The notes beneath the pieces were generated by a model, which did not search any database, was not told the origin of the DNA, and saw nothing but the letters and a program-made list of their open reading frames with translations. From a virus (lineage: Duplodnaviria; Caudoviricetes), in the IMG/VR virus record IMGVR_UViG_3300046725_000049, positions 5,088 to 69,087 of that record: a DNA stretch of 64,000 bases; one strand, written 5' to 3'. The position numbers and the translations under genes were made by a program. Of the stretch, positions 45,635 to 54,370 are shown piece by piece. Each line of letters opens with the position of its first letter. Positions within the stretch are counted from its first letter, which is position 1.

Positions 45635-45925
45635 ATGTGGATGTCAGCAGGACGCTGTGCCGGGTGCGGCCAAACCGATTCATGCAAGAAAGTCGAACTG
45701 CATGTCCTCGGTTGTCCGGAGTACCTGCGGCTCTACCGGGAAGACCCGGAGCGCTGCCTCGATCCGGCTGCCGAGTACCGGCGGTACAAGGCGCAAGACG
45801 ACACCTCTGAGGCACGGGCAGCGCGCCGCGACCTGCGGTTGCAGCGCCGCTTCGCCGACCTGGAAGCGCAGCACTCCGCGCAGGCCAGTAGGTGGGTACG
45901 GCCCAAGGACATCTTGGAGGACTGA
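45635..45925 (+). CDS. Zinc-finger-like hypothetical protein
   Basis: CAGCG...HVLGC. Confidence 0.65.
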   Translation: MWMSAGRCAGCGQTDSCKKVELHVLGCPEYLRLYREDPERCLDPAAEYRRYKAQDDTSEARAARRDLRLQRRFADLEAQHSAQASRWVRPKDILED

Positions 45926-45988
45926 GGTGGAGCGGGGGCTCACGTGGGCACGGGTTGACGGTTCCGGCTAACCACCCTGATGACAGGG

Positions 45989-46030
45989 GGCCGGGCCGTC
46001 ACGGGAGTCTGCGACGGGGGCGGCCCGGCC
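45989..46030 (+). terminator. GC-rich hairpin
   Basis: GGCCGGGCCG / CGGCCCGGCC inverted repeat with partially paired interior. Confidence 0.5.
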
Positions 46031-46092
46031 TCACTTATAAACGCGCAAGGTAGTAGGCAATAAGCGTTCCCGGAAGACAGCCAGGAGCATAA

Positions 46093-46785
46093 GTGAAGAT
46101 CGCCGACAAGGGAGTGGACTTCGTGTCCGCCCCCAAGGACATCGCGTCTCTATTTGAGATCTACTACCCCTACATCGTGTACACGGTGCGCCGCGCGGGA
46201 ATTGCCGAGAACTGCGCCGAGGACGTGGCCAGTGAGATTTTGTTGCGCCTTTACGAACGCAACTTCCTGGAGGAGTTCGACCCCACTCTGACCTTCAGGT
46301 ACCAGGGCGAGGACCGGCCGGCTCGCTTCAAGAGCTTCCTGACCCGATCGGTGCTCAAGTACGTACGCGGGCACTACGACAAACAGAAGCGCTACCGCAC
46401 CCGGGAACTGCTGCTGTGCGACCTGCTACTCAACGAGGAAGACCGCCAGGACGCCCGCTGGGTGGAGGTCTTCGGCGGCTCGGTGGAGTTCGAAGACGAC
46501 GTGCTCAACGCCCTCGCGGCCGACGAATGGGCCGCCGACCTGCGCAAATACTTGGAGCAGGTGCCACGCCGTTCCAAGGTGGACCAGTGCGACCTGCCCC
46601 GACTGTGGGACAAGGTCGTCGACCAGATCCGCCGTACCGGCGAGATCAACGTGCACGAGCTGTGCGCCGCGTTCAACATCTCCATCGGCGCCATGTACAC
46701 CTGGCTGCACCGGATGCGCTGCCACCTGGCCGCCGCCCTGGACCTACCCGCCCCGCAGCGCCGCCCCCGGAGGCTCAACAAGTGA
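46093..46785 (+). CDS. Divergent sigma-70/ECF-like factor
   Basis: LFEIYYPYI...AEDVASEILLRL...FDP...FKSFL (region 2) and C-terminal HTH VHELCAAFNISIGAMYTWLHR. Confidence 0.7.
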   Translation: MKIADKGVDFVSAPKDIASLFEIYYPYIVYTVRRAGIAENCAEDVASEILLRLYERNFLEEFDPTLTFRYQGEDRPARFKSFLTRSVLKYVRGHYDKQKRYRTRELLLCDLLLNEEDRQDARWVEVFGGSVEFEDDVLNALAADEWAADLRKYLEQVPRRSKVDQCDLPRLWDKVVDQIRRTGEINVHELCAAFNISIGAMYTWLHRMRCHLAAALDLPAPQRRPRRLNK

Positions 46786-47579
46786 TCGGCCACGATCTGG
46801 TCCGCGCCGAGCTGGAGCGCGAGCTGCCGCCAGCTACCCTGCTGCGCGGCCCGGCCAGCGTCGGCAAATGGACCCTCGCCCAGCACCTGCGTACCCACCA
46901 CGGGGTGGCCATGGCCGATACCGCCATGTACCCCGACGGCCTTTCCATTGACGCGGTACGCCGGGTGGTGGCGTTCGTGGCCACCGCGCCGTTTGGCCCG
47001 TACAAGCTGGTGATGGCTCGGCTGGATGCCACCAGCGAGGCCGCGCTCAACGCGTTGCTCAAGACCCTGGAGGAGCCGCCGCCCTTGGCCCGGTTCATCC
47101 TGACCGCGACCGGCCGGGTGCTGGCGACCATCACCTCCCGCTGCCGGGTGTACCCGATGGGGCTGCTGGGCGATGAGCAGGTCCGGCAGGTGCTGCTCGA
47201 CCTCGGCCTCAAACCCAGCGTCGCGGCCCGCCGCGCGCTGCTGGGACGCGGCCAGGTTCGCCAGGCGATGCAGGCCGAGGACCACGAGCAGGCGCACACC
47301 ACCGTGGTCACCATCGCCCGCGCCCTGGCCATGCACGACCGGGTCCTGTTCGACCGGGCGTTTACCGGCTTCGACGACCACGCCCGCCACCTGCTGCACC
47401 TGTGGCTGGCTGAGACCGCCACCGGTCAGTACCGGCTGTTCACCGCCGCTGAGACCTACGGCCTAGGCATCGACCGCCGCAAGCTCACCGGCATGATCGC
47501 CGCCCTGAGCCAGGTCGAGGCGGCCCGAGCCCGATTAGGAGTTCGCGCCGCCCTGGAGCCGTTCCTAGCGATGGCGTGA
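46782..47579 (+). CDS. holB: DNA polymerase III delta'-like clamp-loader subunit
   Basis: LLRGPASVGK, SIDAVR, AALNALLKTLEEPP, LATITSRC; start GTG 46782. Confidence 0.85.
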   Translation: MIGHDLVRAELERELPPATLLRGPASVGKWTLAQHLRTHHGVAMADTAMYPDGLSIDAVRRVVAFVATAPFGPYKLVMARLDATSEAALNALLKTLEEPPPLARFILTATGRVLATITSRCRVYPMGLLGDEQVRQVLLDLGLKPSVAARRALLGRGQVRQAMQAEDHEQAHTTVVTIARALAMHDRVLFDRAFTGFDDHARHLLHLWLAETATGQYRLFTAAETYGLGIDRRKLTGMIAALSQVEAARARLGVRAALEPFLAMA

Positions 47580-47878
47580 GGAGAACGAACGCGATGGCCA
47601 CCATGCCGCACTGCGACTCCCGGGTCCTGCACACGCCGGGGGAGTGCGCCTTCTGTGACCAGTACCCGGCCTGGCAGGAGTACCGCCAGGTGATGGGGAT
47701 CGCCTTCACCGGCCACGAGCCCCGACCCGACGAGTTGCCCTGCCCATCCACCCTTCGCCGGTCAATGGAAGACATCCAAGCCTGGTCGGGCAACCGCCCC
47801 AAACCCCCGGCCGACACCTCCTGGCTGCACCTGGAGTCGCACCAACCCGGATGGCGGTGGCCATGGCGCAGCAAGTGA
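47576..47878 (+). CDS. Hypothetical metal-binding protein
   Basis: PHCDSRVLHTPGECAFCD...PCPS. Confidence 0.6.
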   Translation: MRRTNAMATMPHCDSRVLHTPGECAFCDQYPAWQEYRQVMGIAFTGHEPRPDELPCPSTLRRSMEDIQAWSGNRPKPPADTSWLHLESHQPGWRWPWRSK

Positions 47879-48018
47879 TCGTCCTGTGCCCCTGCTGCGC
47901 CAGCGCCCAGGACGCCGAGACCTCCACCCAAACCCAGACCTTCCAGTGCGTGTCCTGCGGCCAGAGCTGGTCGATGGTCGTGGACGCCGACCGGCAGGAC
48001 ACCCACTCCCTGTCCTAA
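47863..48018 (+). CDS. 51-aa zinc-ribbon peptide
   Basis: MAQQVIVLCPCC...FQCVSCGQSW; below the track cutoff. Confidence 0.55.
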   Translation: MAQQVIVLCPCCASAQDAETSTQTQTFQCVSCGQSWSMVVDADRQDTHSLS

Positions 48019-48037
48019 CAAGCGAAAGGAACCACCG

Positions 48038-48415
48038 GTGGCCATCGACTTCGGCGGCGCGGGCAAGGATGAATACCCCGACGGCGACATTGCCCAGCAA
48101 GAGGAACTGGACCTTGGCCTGAGCGACGACCAGAAGGCCCAGGCGCTGCTAGCCAAGCTGCGTAAGGACAACGCCGCCAAGGCCCAGCAGTTGTCGGCCA
48201 TGGATCCGCCGATGCGGGTGGACCCGTTCATGTTCATGGTGACCCGGCTCAACACCTTCCTGGACCTGGCGCTGACCCCCGACACGCGGGTGGCTTTCGA
48301 GGTGGCCTTCGAGCACAACATGACCCCCGTCCTGGAGCAGTGCCTTCAGCAGGCCCGCCAGATGCAGCTCACCCACGCGGCCAAGGGCAAGCCCAACGGC
48401 CTGTTCCTGCCGTGA
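48038..48415 (+). CDS. Hypothetical protein
   Basis: RBS AAAGGA; 125 aa. Confidence 0.7.
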   Translation: MAIDFGGAGKDEYPDGDIAQQEELDLGLSDDQKAQALLAKLRKDNAAKAQQLSAMDPPMRVDPFMFMVTRLNTFLDLALTPDTRVAFEVAFEHNMTPVLEQCLQQARQMQLTHAAKGKPNGLFLP

Positions 48416-48582
48416 TGAAACGCCGAACCGTCAAGTGCGATGAGTGGGACGTGGTCACCGGGTGGCGACGGCTGTTGATCTGGCGGCCGGGGGAGGTCGC
48501 CACCATCAAACGCCGTATGCGGCGGCGCGAACGCCGCGAGGGCCGCACCGAGCTGCGGAAGGACCCTGAGCATGCTGGCTAG
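48415..48582 (+). CDS. Small basic hypothetical protein
   Basis: TGATG overlap; DEWDVVTGWRR...KRRMRRRERR. Confidence 0.55.
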   Translation: MKRRTVKCDEWDVVTGWRRLLIWRPGEVATIKRRMRRRERREGRTELRKDPEHAG

Positions 48583-48712
48583 CCTGAATCGCTTCTTCGT
48601 CGAGGTCGGCCTCATCGCCGTGGTGATCGCCTTCCTCCTCATGGTCATCGTCGCGGTCATTGCCATCATCGACCCGAGCCTGCTGCCCGGGAACGACGAT
48701 GACGAGGACTGA
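48572..48712 (+). CDS. 46-aa single-TM peptide with acidic tail
   Basis: VGLIAVVIAFLLMVIVAVIAII...NDDDED. Confidence 0.5.
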   Translation: MLASLNRFFVEVGLIAVVIAFLLMVIVAVIAIIDPSLLPGNDDDED

Positions 48713-48908
48713 GCCGGTCTACACCGTCGTGATCACGCTGCGCCGGCCCACCCTCTGGCAGACCGCCAGCGAGGCCGCCTACGGACCGATGAGCCGGGCG
48801 CAGATGGACAAGTTCGTCGCCTCCCTACCCAGCACCGACCTGTCCTCCGACGTAGGGCGCATCGTGGCCTACCCACTGCACTCGATTGAGGAGACCCCAC
48901 CGCCGTGA
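48699..48908 (+). CDS. Hypothetical protein
   Basis: Coupled ORF, 69 aa. Confidence 0.5.
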   Translation: MTRTEPVYTVVITLRRPTLWQTASEAAYGPMSRAQMDKFVASLPSTDLSSDVGRIVAYPLHSIEETPPP

Positions 48909-49016
48909 CGTCGAGCACCACCGAAGCCGAGACGACCTGCCCGTACTGCGGCCGGAGCAACACCATGCACTGTGGGCCATACGACAGCCCAACCCAGACC
49001 ACCACGCGGTTTACCG

Positions 49017-49979
49017 ATGGGTAGCTACGCCCAGTGGCGAGCCTGCGCCGACAAGGGGGAGGTCCGCCGGGTCACCTGGGTCTGCGGTGATCAGCTCGTC
49101 CTGGTGGAGGAGATCGTCGACACCGTCCGGGACCTGCTCAAGGCATCAGATCTGGACTGTGTGAGCCTGATCGCCGGACAGGACCCGGACCGGGAGATCT
49201 GGGCGGCGGCCAACCAGTATCCGATGGTGCCCGGCGCCAACCGGCTCATTCAGGTCCGCCACGCCGAGCGGATCAAACGGTGGGAGCCGCTGGAGGAGTG
49301 GCTGGCCAACTCCCGCCGGCTGCCGGCATCCCACCTCCTGTTCGTCTCCGGCGAGGCTGAGGTGCCGCACACCACCACGGGCGGCAAGCGGGTACCCAAA
49401 CCCTTCATCGAGGCAATGAAGGCGCCCAAGGGGCATGTGGTGCGGTGCGCGATGCCTAACGAGCACGACGCCATCGGCTGGGCCCGGCGACGCGGGCCGC
49501 TGGATGAGGAGATGGCCCGGTACCTGCTCACCCGGGCCGGCGGCAACCTGGCCCTGGTCGCCTCGGTGTGCGCCAAACTCAACCTGTTCGGCGCCAAGGT
49601 CCCCGGCCCCCGGGTCATCGACGAGCTGTGCCGCGAGGTACCCACCGACGAGTTCGTGGAATCCCTGCTGCTGCTCAAGAAACGCGACGCACTGTTGGCC
49701 GCCGCCGCGATGGACGAACGCGACTACCGCCGGGCGGTGGGCAACCTGGACTACCGGCTGGACCTGCTGGCCACCCTGCACCGGGCGTTGCGCACCGGGC
49801 AGACCGTGCGTGACCTTGGCACCCTGCCGCAGTTCCTGGTCCGCCAGTTCTGGCCGGCGGCCAAGCACTACGACGACCGCCGATGCCTACATAACCGGCA
49901 AGTCCTGGCGGTAGTAGATAGTGCGCTCAAAAACGGCGCACGGGACGCGGTCTTGGAGGCACTCGTCGCGCTCTGGTAG
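49017..49979 (+). CDS. holA: DNA polymerase III delta-like clamp-loader subunit
   Basis: VTWVCGDQLVLVEE, RLIQVRHAE, WARRRG..DEEMARYLLTRAGGNL....CAKL follow the HolA domain layout. Confidence 0.7.
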   Translation: MGSYAQWRACADKGEVRRVTWVCGDQLVLVEEIVDTVRDLLKASDLDCVSLIAGQDPDREIWAAANQYPMVPGANRLIQVRHAERIKRWEPLEEWLANSRRLPASHLLFVSGEAEVPHTTTGGKRVPKPFIEAMKAPKGHVVRCAMPNEHDAIGWARRRGPLDEEMARYLLTRAGGNLALVASVCAKLNLFGAKVPGPRVIDELCREVPTDEFVESLLLLKKRDALLAAAAMDERDYRRAVGNLDYRLDLLATLHRALRTGQTVRDLGTLPQFLVRQFWPAAKHYDDRRCLHNRQVLAVVDSALKNGARDAVLEALVALW

Positions 49980-49996
49980 GGGCCGACGCCGGGGGG

Positions 49997-50371
49997 ATGA
50001 GGGCCATGCACCTGCTGTCCACGCTGACCTTCAGCGTCAGCTACTGGGTGTGGTTTGCCTACTGCGTGTGCGTCGGCTGGGACACCATCATCAGGCTCTG
50101 GTGGCCCCGCGCCGCCCAGGTCATGATCGCCTTCGGCAATGAACTGCGGCCCTTCACCCTGGCCGCCGTCATCGGCCAACACCTTGGCGATGTCGCGTTG
50201 GCGCATGACCCGTGGAATGTGATGCGGCTGTTTTGGACCGGCGTCAACCTCTTGATCTGGTGGCTGTTTCGCAACCGGCATGACGACCGGTGGAACAAGC
50301 GCCGCCGCAAGCTCGCCGAGAAGGTCCAGCAGATCGGCGGCAAGTTGGTCATCACCCCGCAACCATCCTGA
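49997..50371 (+). CDS. Membrane protein (about 3 TM)
   Basis: Hydrophobic Trp-rich helices, basic C-terminus. Confidence 0.65.
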   Translation: MRAMHLLSTLTFSVSYWVWFAYCVCVGWDTIIRLWWPRAAQVMIAFGNELRPFTLAAVIGQHLGDVALAHDPWNVMRLFWTGVNLLIWWLFRNRHDDRWNKRRRKLAEKVQQIGGKLVITPQPS

Positions 50372-50400
50372 CCATCTCAATCACCAAGGACAGCACAACC

Positions 50401-50952
50401 ATGAACGTGGTTCAGAAAGCCTGGATGGCCGGCGTCATCGAGACGCGGGGCAAGGTCCGGTTCACCAACAACCCGGACCGCAAGACCAACCAGCTCGTGT
50501 TGCAGGTCCGCACCGGCCACACCGCCGTGGCCACGCGGCTGTGTGAGTTGACCGGTATCCGGGTGGACATCAAGGAGAACAAGTCGATCCGCGTCGCGGA
50601 CCGCCGGCCGTGCGCCGAGCACTGCCAGGAGGCGCACAGCCACGTCATCGCCGAGATCCCCGAGCACGCCGTGTGGGCCATCTCCGGCGCCGGGGCGGCG
50701 ATCGTGCTGGACAACCTGGTGCCGTTCTTCGTCACCACCGACGGGCTCCAGGTGGTCGCGGACAACATCCTCGCCAGATTGCCCCAGGCCGGACGCGGAC
50801 GCTCGGCCGTGGATCAGACCATCCTGCGACTCAAGCGCCTGGGCTGGCGCATCCCCGACGCGGCGATGGAGCACTTCGTGGGCACCCCGATCGTGCGCCG
50901 CTCCGACGGGCGGTTCGCCAAGGTTGCGGAGATCATCAGTGTCCCAGCCTGA
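50401..50952 (+). CDS. Degenerate LAGLIDADG-fold protein with Cys/His insert
   Basis: AWMAGVIETRG aligns to LAGLIDADG with the catalytic acidic position as Arg; CAEHCQEAHSH insert. Confidence 0.55.
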   Translation: MNVVQKAWMAGVIETRGKVRFTNNPDRKTNQLVLQVRTGHTAVATRLCELTGIRVDIKENKSIRVADRRPCAEHCQEAHSHVIAEIPEHAVWAISGAGAAIVLDNLVPFFVTTDGLQVVADNILARLPQAGRGRSAVDQTILRLKRLGWRIPDAAMEHFVGTPIVRRSDGRFAKVAEIISVPA

Positions 50953-51361
50953 GAGTCCGCGCCCGGCCAAGCTGTCCCCGCTCAACATCCAGGCCGAAGC
51001 CGCCACCGTCCGCGAGACCGATGACGTGTACCGGGTCTACCGGCCCGAGTGGGTCATCGTCTGCGTGTTCGGTGTCCCGGCGGAGGGGGCCGCGCTGGAG
51101 CAGGCGCACCGTTACTTCCAGGAGAACTACGCCGGGCGTGTTCATCCCGAACATGCGCGCTTCGAGCACGTCGGCGCCGGCCCGCACGCCGTGGTGTACC
51201 TCCAGCTTAAACTGCCCACCCTCAAAGGCGAGTTCAAGTACGCCTTCCTCGCGCAGCGGCACGCTGAGAAGCAGGGTTGGTCGGACTGGTCGATCGTGGC
51301 CCGCAACTCCAAGGCCGACCATGAGCTGCGTTCCTACGGTGTGAAGCGACTTGCGTCATGA
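50924..51361 (+). CDS. Hypothetical protein
   Basis: 145-aa ORF in operon; true start uncertain. Confidence 0.6.
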   Translation: MRRSSVSQPESPRPAKLSPLNIQAEAATVRETDDVYRVYRPEWVIVCVFGVPAEGAALEQAHRYFQENYAGRVHPEHARFEHVGAGPHAVVYLQLKLPTLKGEFKYAFLAQRHAEKQGWSDWSIVARNSKADHELRSYGVKRLAS

Positions 51362-51618
51362 ATCCGCAACCGGCCGAGGAGGACCCCTACGGCGACCTGG
51401 TCGGCATCTTCGAGATCGCCAAGGAGCTGGGTGTGAACATCTTCCGGGTTCGCCGGTGGATCGAACGCCGCCAGACCACGAAGTGCCCCCGACCGGTACG
51501 GGCGCTCCAGTGCGGGCATATCTACTCGATGACCGACTGGCGGGGCTGGTACGCGCTGTGGCGCATCACTCGGGGCCACGAGACCTGGAACCGCCGCAAG
51601 GAGCAGGACGACGAGTGA
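51358..51618 (+). CDS. AlpA-like HTH protein
   Basis: DLVGIFEIAKELGV....VRRWIER...P.P. Confidence 0.7.
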   Translation: MNPQPAEEDPYGDLVGIFEIAKELGVNIFRVRRWIERRQTTKCPRPVRALQCGHIYSMTDWRGWYALWRITRGHETWNRRKEQDDE

Positions 51619-51684
51619 CGTGAGGCAACCACTCGATCAGGTGGCCTGCGTAACGACCTTTCGCCTGATCAAGTTACTCATCCC

Positions 51685-52113
51685 ATGAGCACCACGACAC
51701 CAGTGAAGTACTACTTCGGTCAGCGCTGGGACTCGCCCATGTTCGATGAACCCGGCTGGGTCCAGGTCGAAACCCCGGCCGGTCGTACTTGTGGCCTGTG
51801 TCATGAGGTGATCCAAGAGGGCGACCAGGGCCAGTACCTCGCCGGTGTCGTCAGCCTGGGTAGCCGAACCGGAGCCGTACTCAACGCGACGCACATCCAG
51901 TGCCTCATGCTCACCACCATCGGCCACCAGTACGGGGTCTGCGGCTGCACCGGATACCAGCCCGGCGCCAGAGCCCGGCAGGTGCTCATCGAGAAGATCG
52001 ATGCCGAACGCGGCTTGCTCGGCCTGGGGCCGTGGGCACAGCACCGCCAAGCGGTACCCCGCCGACGCTGGTTGGCCCTGCTACGACGGGGTAACGCCGG
52101 CAACTCACGCTGA
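51685..52113 (+). CDS. Cys-rich hypothetical protein
   Basis: CGLCHEVI...HIQC...HQYGVCGC. Confidence 0.65.
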   Translation: MSTTTPVKYYFGQRWDSPMFDEPGWVQVETPAGRTCGLCHEVIQEGDQGQYLAGVVSLGSRTGAVLNATHIQCLMLTTIGHQYGVCGCTGYQPGARARQVLIEKIDAERGLLGLGPWAQHRQAVPRRRWLALLRRGNAGNSR

Positions 52114-52590
52114 ACCTTCTACGCTGTCCCGCGCGGGCCACGGCTGCCAGGTGATGGCCGCCGGCCGGCGACGGCCGGCGGTGACCAGCCAGTCCTTGAC
52201 GGCGGCGCTGATCTCATCCAGCGAGAGCCGGCAGTCGGGGGGAAACCAGCGGGCCTGTCCCATCCACGGATAGGCCACCCTTCCGCCGTCGAGGTACGCC
52301 TTGCCTGCGCCGTACCAGCGCCGCACGGTCGGGTCACCGGTGCTCTCATCATCGGTGAGCAGCGCTACGCTGCCGGTTAGCTCGTTGGCGTTGACCCCGA
52401 CCAGCATCCGGCGCTGATCGCCCGGCGCCGGGGGCTCAACGCGCAGCTCCACCGCGATGCGGCCGACCGCCTCGCCCAGCAGGGTTGCCAGCATGGCGTC
52501 GATCTCGGCGTGCGTGGTCAGCAGAGCCGCATCATGCACGTGCGCCGGGCGCCAGCGTGCCACTAAAGCTGTCATCGCGAAGAACTCCAA
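52105..52590 (-). CDS. Imm1-family immunity protein
   Basis: C-terminal FPPDCRLSLDEISAAVKDWLVT..RRPAAITWQ matches the Imm1 pattern. Confidence 0.75.
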   Translation of the reverse strand: MEFFAMTALVARWRPAHVHDAALLTTHAEIDAMLATLLGEAVGRIAVELRVEPPAPGDQRRMLVGVNANELTGSVALLTDDESTGDPTVRRWYGAGKAYLDGGRVAYPWMGQARWFPPDCRLSLDEISAAVKDWLVTAGRRRPAAITWQPWPARDSVEGSA

Positions 52591-52666
52591 AGGGGAGGAA
52601 GAGGCCCACGCCGGAGCCGGCCAAGCTGCCGGCTAGGGGGCTCCGGCGTGGGCTGCTTTCACCGGA

Positions 52667-53614
52667 CTAGACGTTGCAGGCCCGGATACATGCCGAGTGC
52701 CAATCCGCCGCAGACACCCCGGCGGCGATGCTGGCGGCAGCCCCGACGCGCGGCGGCACGACGCCGGTGCGCATCACCTCGAACATCCACGACCGCCAGT
52801 ACGTCCAGTCGGTGTAGAGCGCCGGTCCGGTACCGCAGAAGTGCGGACCGGCGAAGGCGCCACCGACCACCGCCCAGCGCACCGGGTTGGACCCGGCAAC
52901 CCGTTGCAGGGCCGGACCGCCAGAGTCACCCCGGCAGGGACCGTCGGTGCCGTTCGGGTTCAGCACACAGAGCTGATCGGCGCCGATCAGGTAGTCGGCC
53001 GGGCAGCCGGTCGGCCTCAGGACCCGGGTGTCCAGCTCCTGGAGCATCACCGGCAGCGGGTGATCCCCGTTGGGTTCGGAGATGCCCCATCCCCGCAGCC
53101 TGGTAGCCGCGTTGAGGCGCATCCTGGGGGCGATCTCGAAGGGCTGGTAGCGCTGGACGTAGGTGTCCAGCTTCAACATCGCCATATCACCCACGATGGC
53201 CGGACCGGTGTTCGGCCAGGCCCAGTTCGCGTTGACCAGGATCTGCGAGACGCCGGTGAACTCGCCCCCCGTGGTCCGGTCCGCCGACCCGATCCGCACG
53301 TGGAACAGGCCGGCCGCCATCGGCGCCGAGGTGCTCTCATCGGTGACGCAGTGCGCGGCGGTGGCCACCCACAAACCCGTCACCAGCACAGCCCCGCAGG
53401 TGTGGTGCTGCGGGTCATCGGCCCCCCGGAAGACCTGAAGCGACACCATGCCCGGGTAGGGCTGGCTGGGCGCGTGACCGCCGATGATGTCGGGTGTGGC
53501 CCTACCCGGCTGCGGGGTCGGTGAGGTACCGGCGAACGCGGGCAGGCCCACGCTGATGCCGCCGAGCACCGCCAACACGACGCCCAGGGCGATCAACGCA
53601 CGTTTGTGACGCAA
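52667..53614 (-). CDS. Secreted trypsin-like (S1) serine protease
   Basis: Signal peptide, IIGG mature N-terminus, CGAVL, TAAHC, GDMAMLKL, GDSGGP. Confidence 0.95.
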   Translation of the reverse strand: MRHKRALIALGVVLAVLGGISVGLPAFAGTSPTPQPGRATPDIIGGHAPSQPYPGMVSLQVFRGADDPQHHTCGAVLVTGLWVATAAHCVTDESTSAPMAAGLFHVRIGSADRTTGGEFTGVSQILVNANWAWPNTGPAIVGDMAMLKLDTYVQRYQPFEIAPRMRLNAATRLRGWGISEPNGDHPLPVMLQELDTRVLRPTGCPADYLIGADQLCVLNPNGTDGPCRGDSGGPALQRVAGSNPVRWAVVGGAFAGPHFCGTGPALYTDWTYWRSWMFEVMRTGVVPPRVGAAASIAAGVSAADWHSACIRACNV

Positions 53615-53679
53615 CGGAATGTGCCTCCTTCAAATAGTTGCCTGCTTCACCCGGTTGGGTGAGCTGCGGATGGGTGTAG

Positions 53680-53967
53680 TTACCGAGCAAAGGCAGGAGC
53701 GCTGATCGCGGTGAAGTCCCGGGCGAAGGGCTGGTCCATGGGGATCAGCACCTCCAGTTCGCCGCGCCACCGGTGTCCGTCATGCCAGCGCCCGCACACC
53801 CAGACCCGGGTCACCCCCCGATCATCCTGACCATCGACACCCCGAAACGCGTCGATGCGCAAGGCAACCCCGATGGGCTGGTTGGGCAGGGCGAGCTGTT
53901 CGGGTCTGATCCAAACAACGTCACCCTCCAGGACGCGCTGGGCAGTCGTGGCGGGAAACTCAGTCAC
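53680..53967 (-). CDS. Hypothetical protein
   Basis: 95 aa, beta-rich; RBS AAGGG upstream. Confidence 0.6.
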   Translation of the reverse strand: MTEFPATTAQRVLEGDVVWIRPEQLALPNQPIGVALRIDAFRGVDGQDDRGVTRVWVCGRWHDGHRWRGELEVLIPMDQPFARDFTAISAPAFAR

Positions 53968-54011
53968 GGCGGGGATCCCTTCTCGGTGTCGTCGCTTTCC
54001 AGGTACCCGGC

Positions 54012-54131
54012 TCAGCCCGGCGGGGTGTTGTCGCCTGAGTCCGGCTCGTCATCGCCGCCCGGTTGCGCGGGTGGATCCGTGGGGCCGTCTTCGGCGTCCC
54101 ACACGGGGTCCACATCGGTGATCAAACTCAC
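54012..54131 (-). CDS. 39-aa acidic Pro/Gly-rich peptide
   Basis: MSLITDVDPVWDAEDGPTDPPAQPGGDDEPDSGDNTPPG with strong RBS GGGAGGTG 7 nt before GTG. Confidence 0.55.
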   Translation of the reverse strand: MSLITDVDPVWDAEDGPTDPPAQPGGDDEPDSGDNTPPG

Positions 54132-54296
54132 TGGACGTCACCTCCCTCCCGTTGATCCCTCACATGGGGTAATGCCCCATCTGTCTATCGACATGGCGTG
54201 GACGATTGATCTACGCTCTGTGCGCCCACGGCAGCGGGGCACACCGTCTGTGACGCCCGGTGTACCCCGCGCTCCAGTGATGAGCATCGTGGCTAG

Positions 54297-54343
54297 TTGT
54301 GCAAAAGTGCAGTACCGCAACGTTGCGCAAATCAATTGCGCAA
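54297..54343. promoter_or_regulatory. Three TTG(C/T)GCAA palindromes, probable XRE operators
   Basis: TTGTGCAA 54297, TTGCGCAA 54323 and 54336 in the divergent intergenic region. Confidence 0.55.
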
Positions 54344-54370
54344 ACCGTCGAGGAGATCGCGTACGTCACG

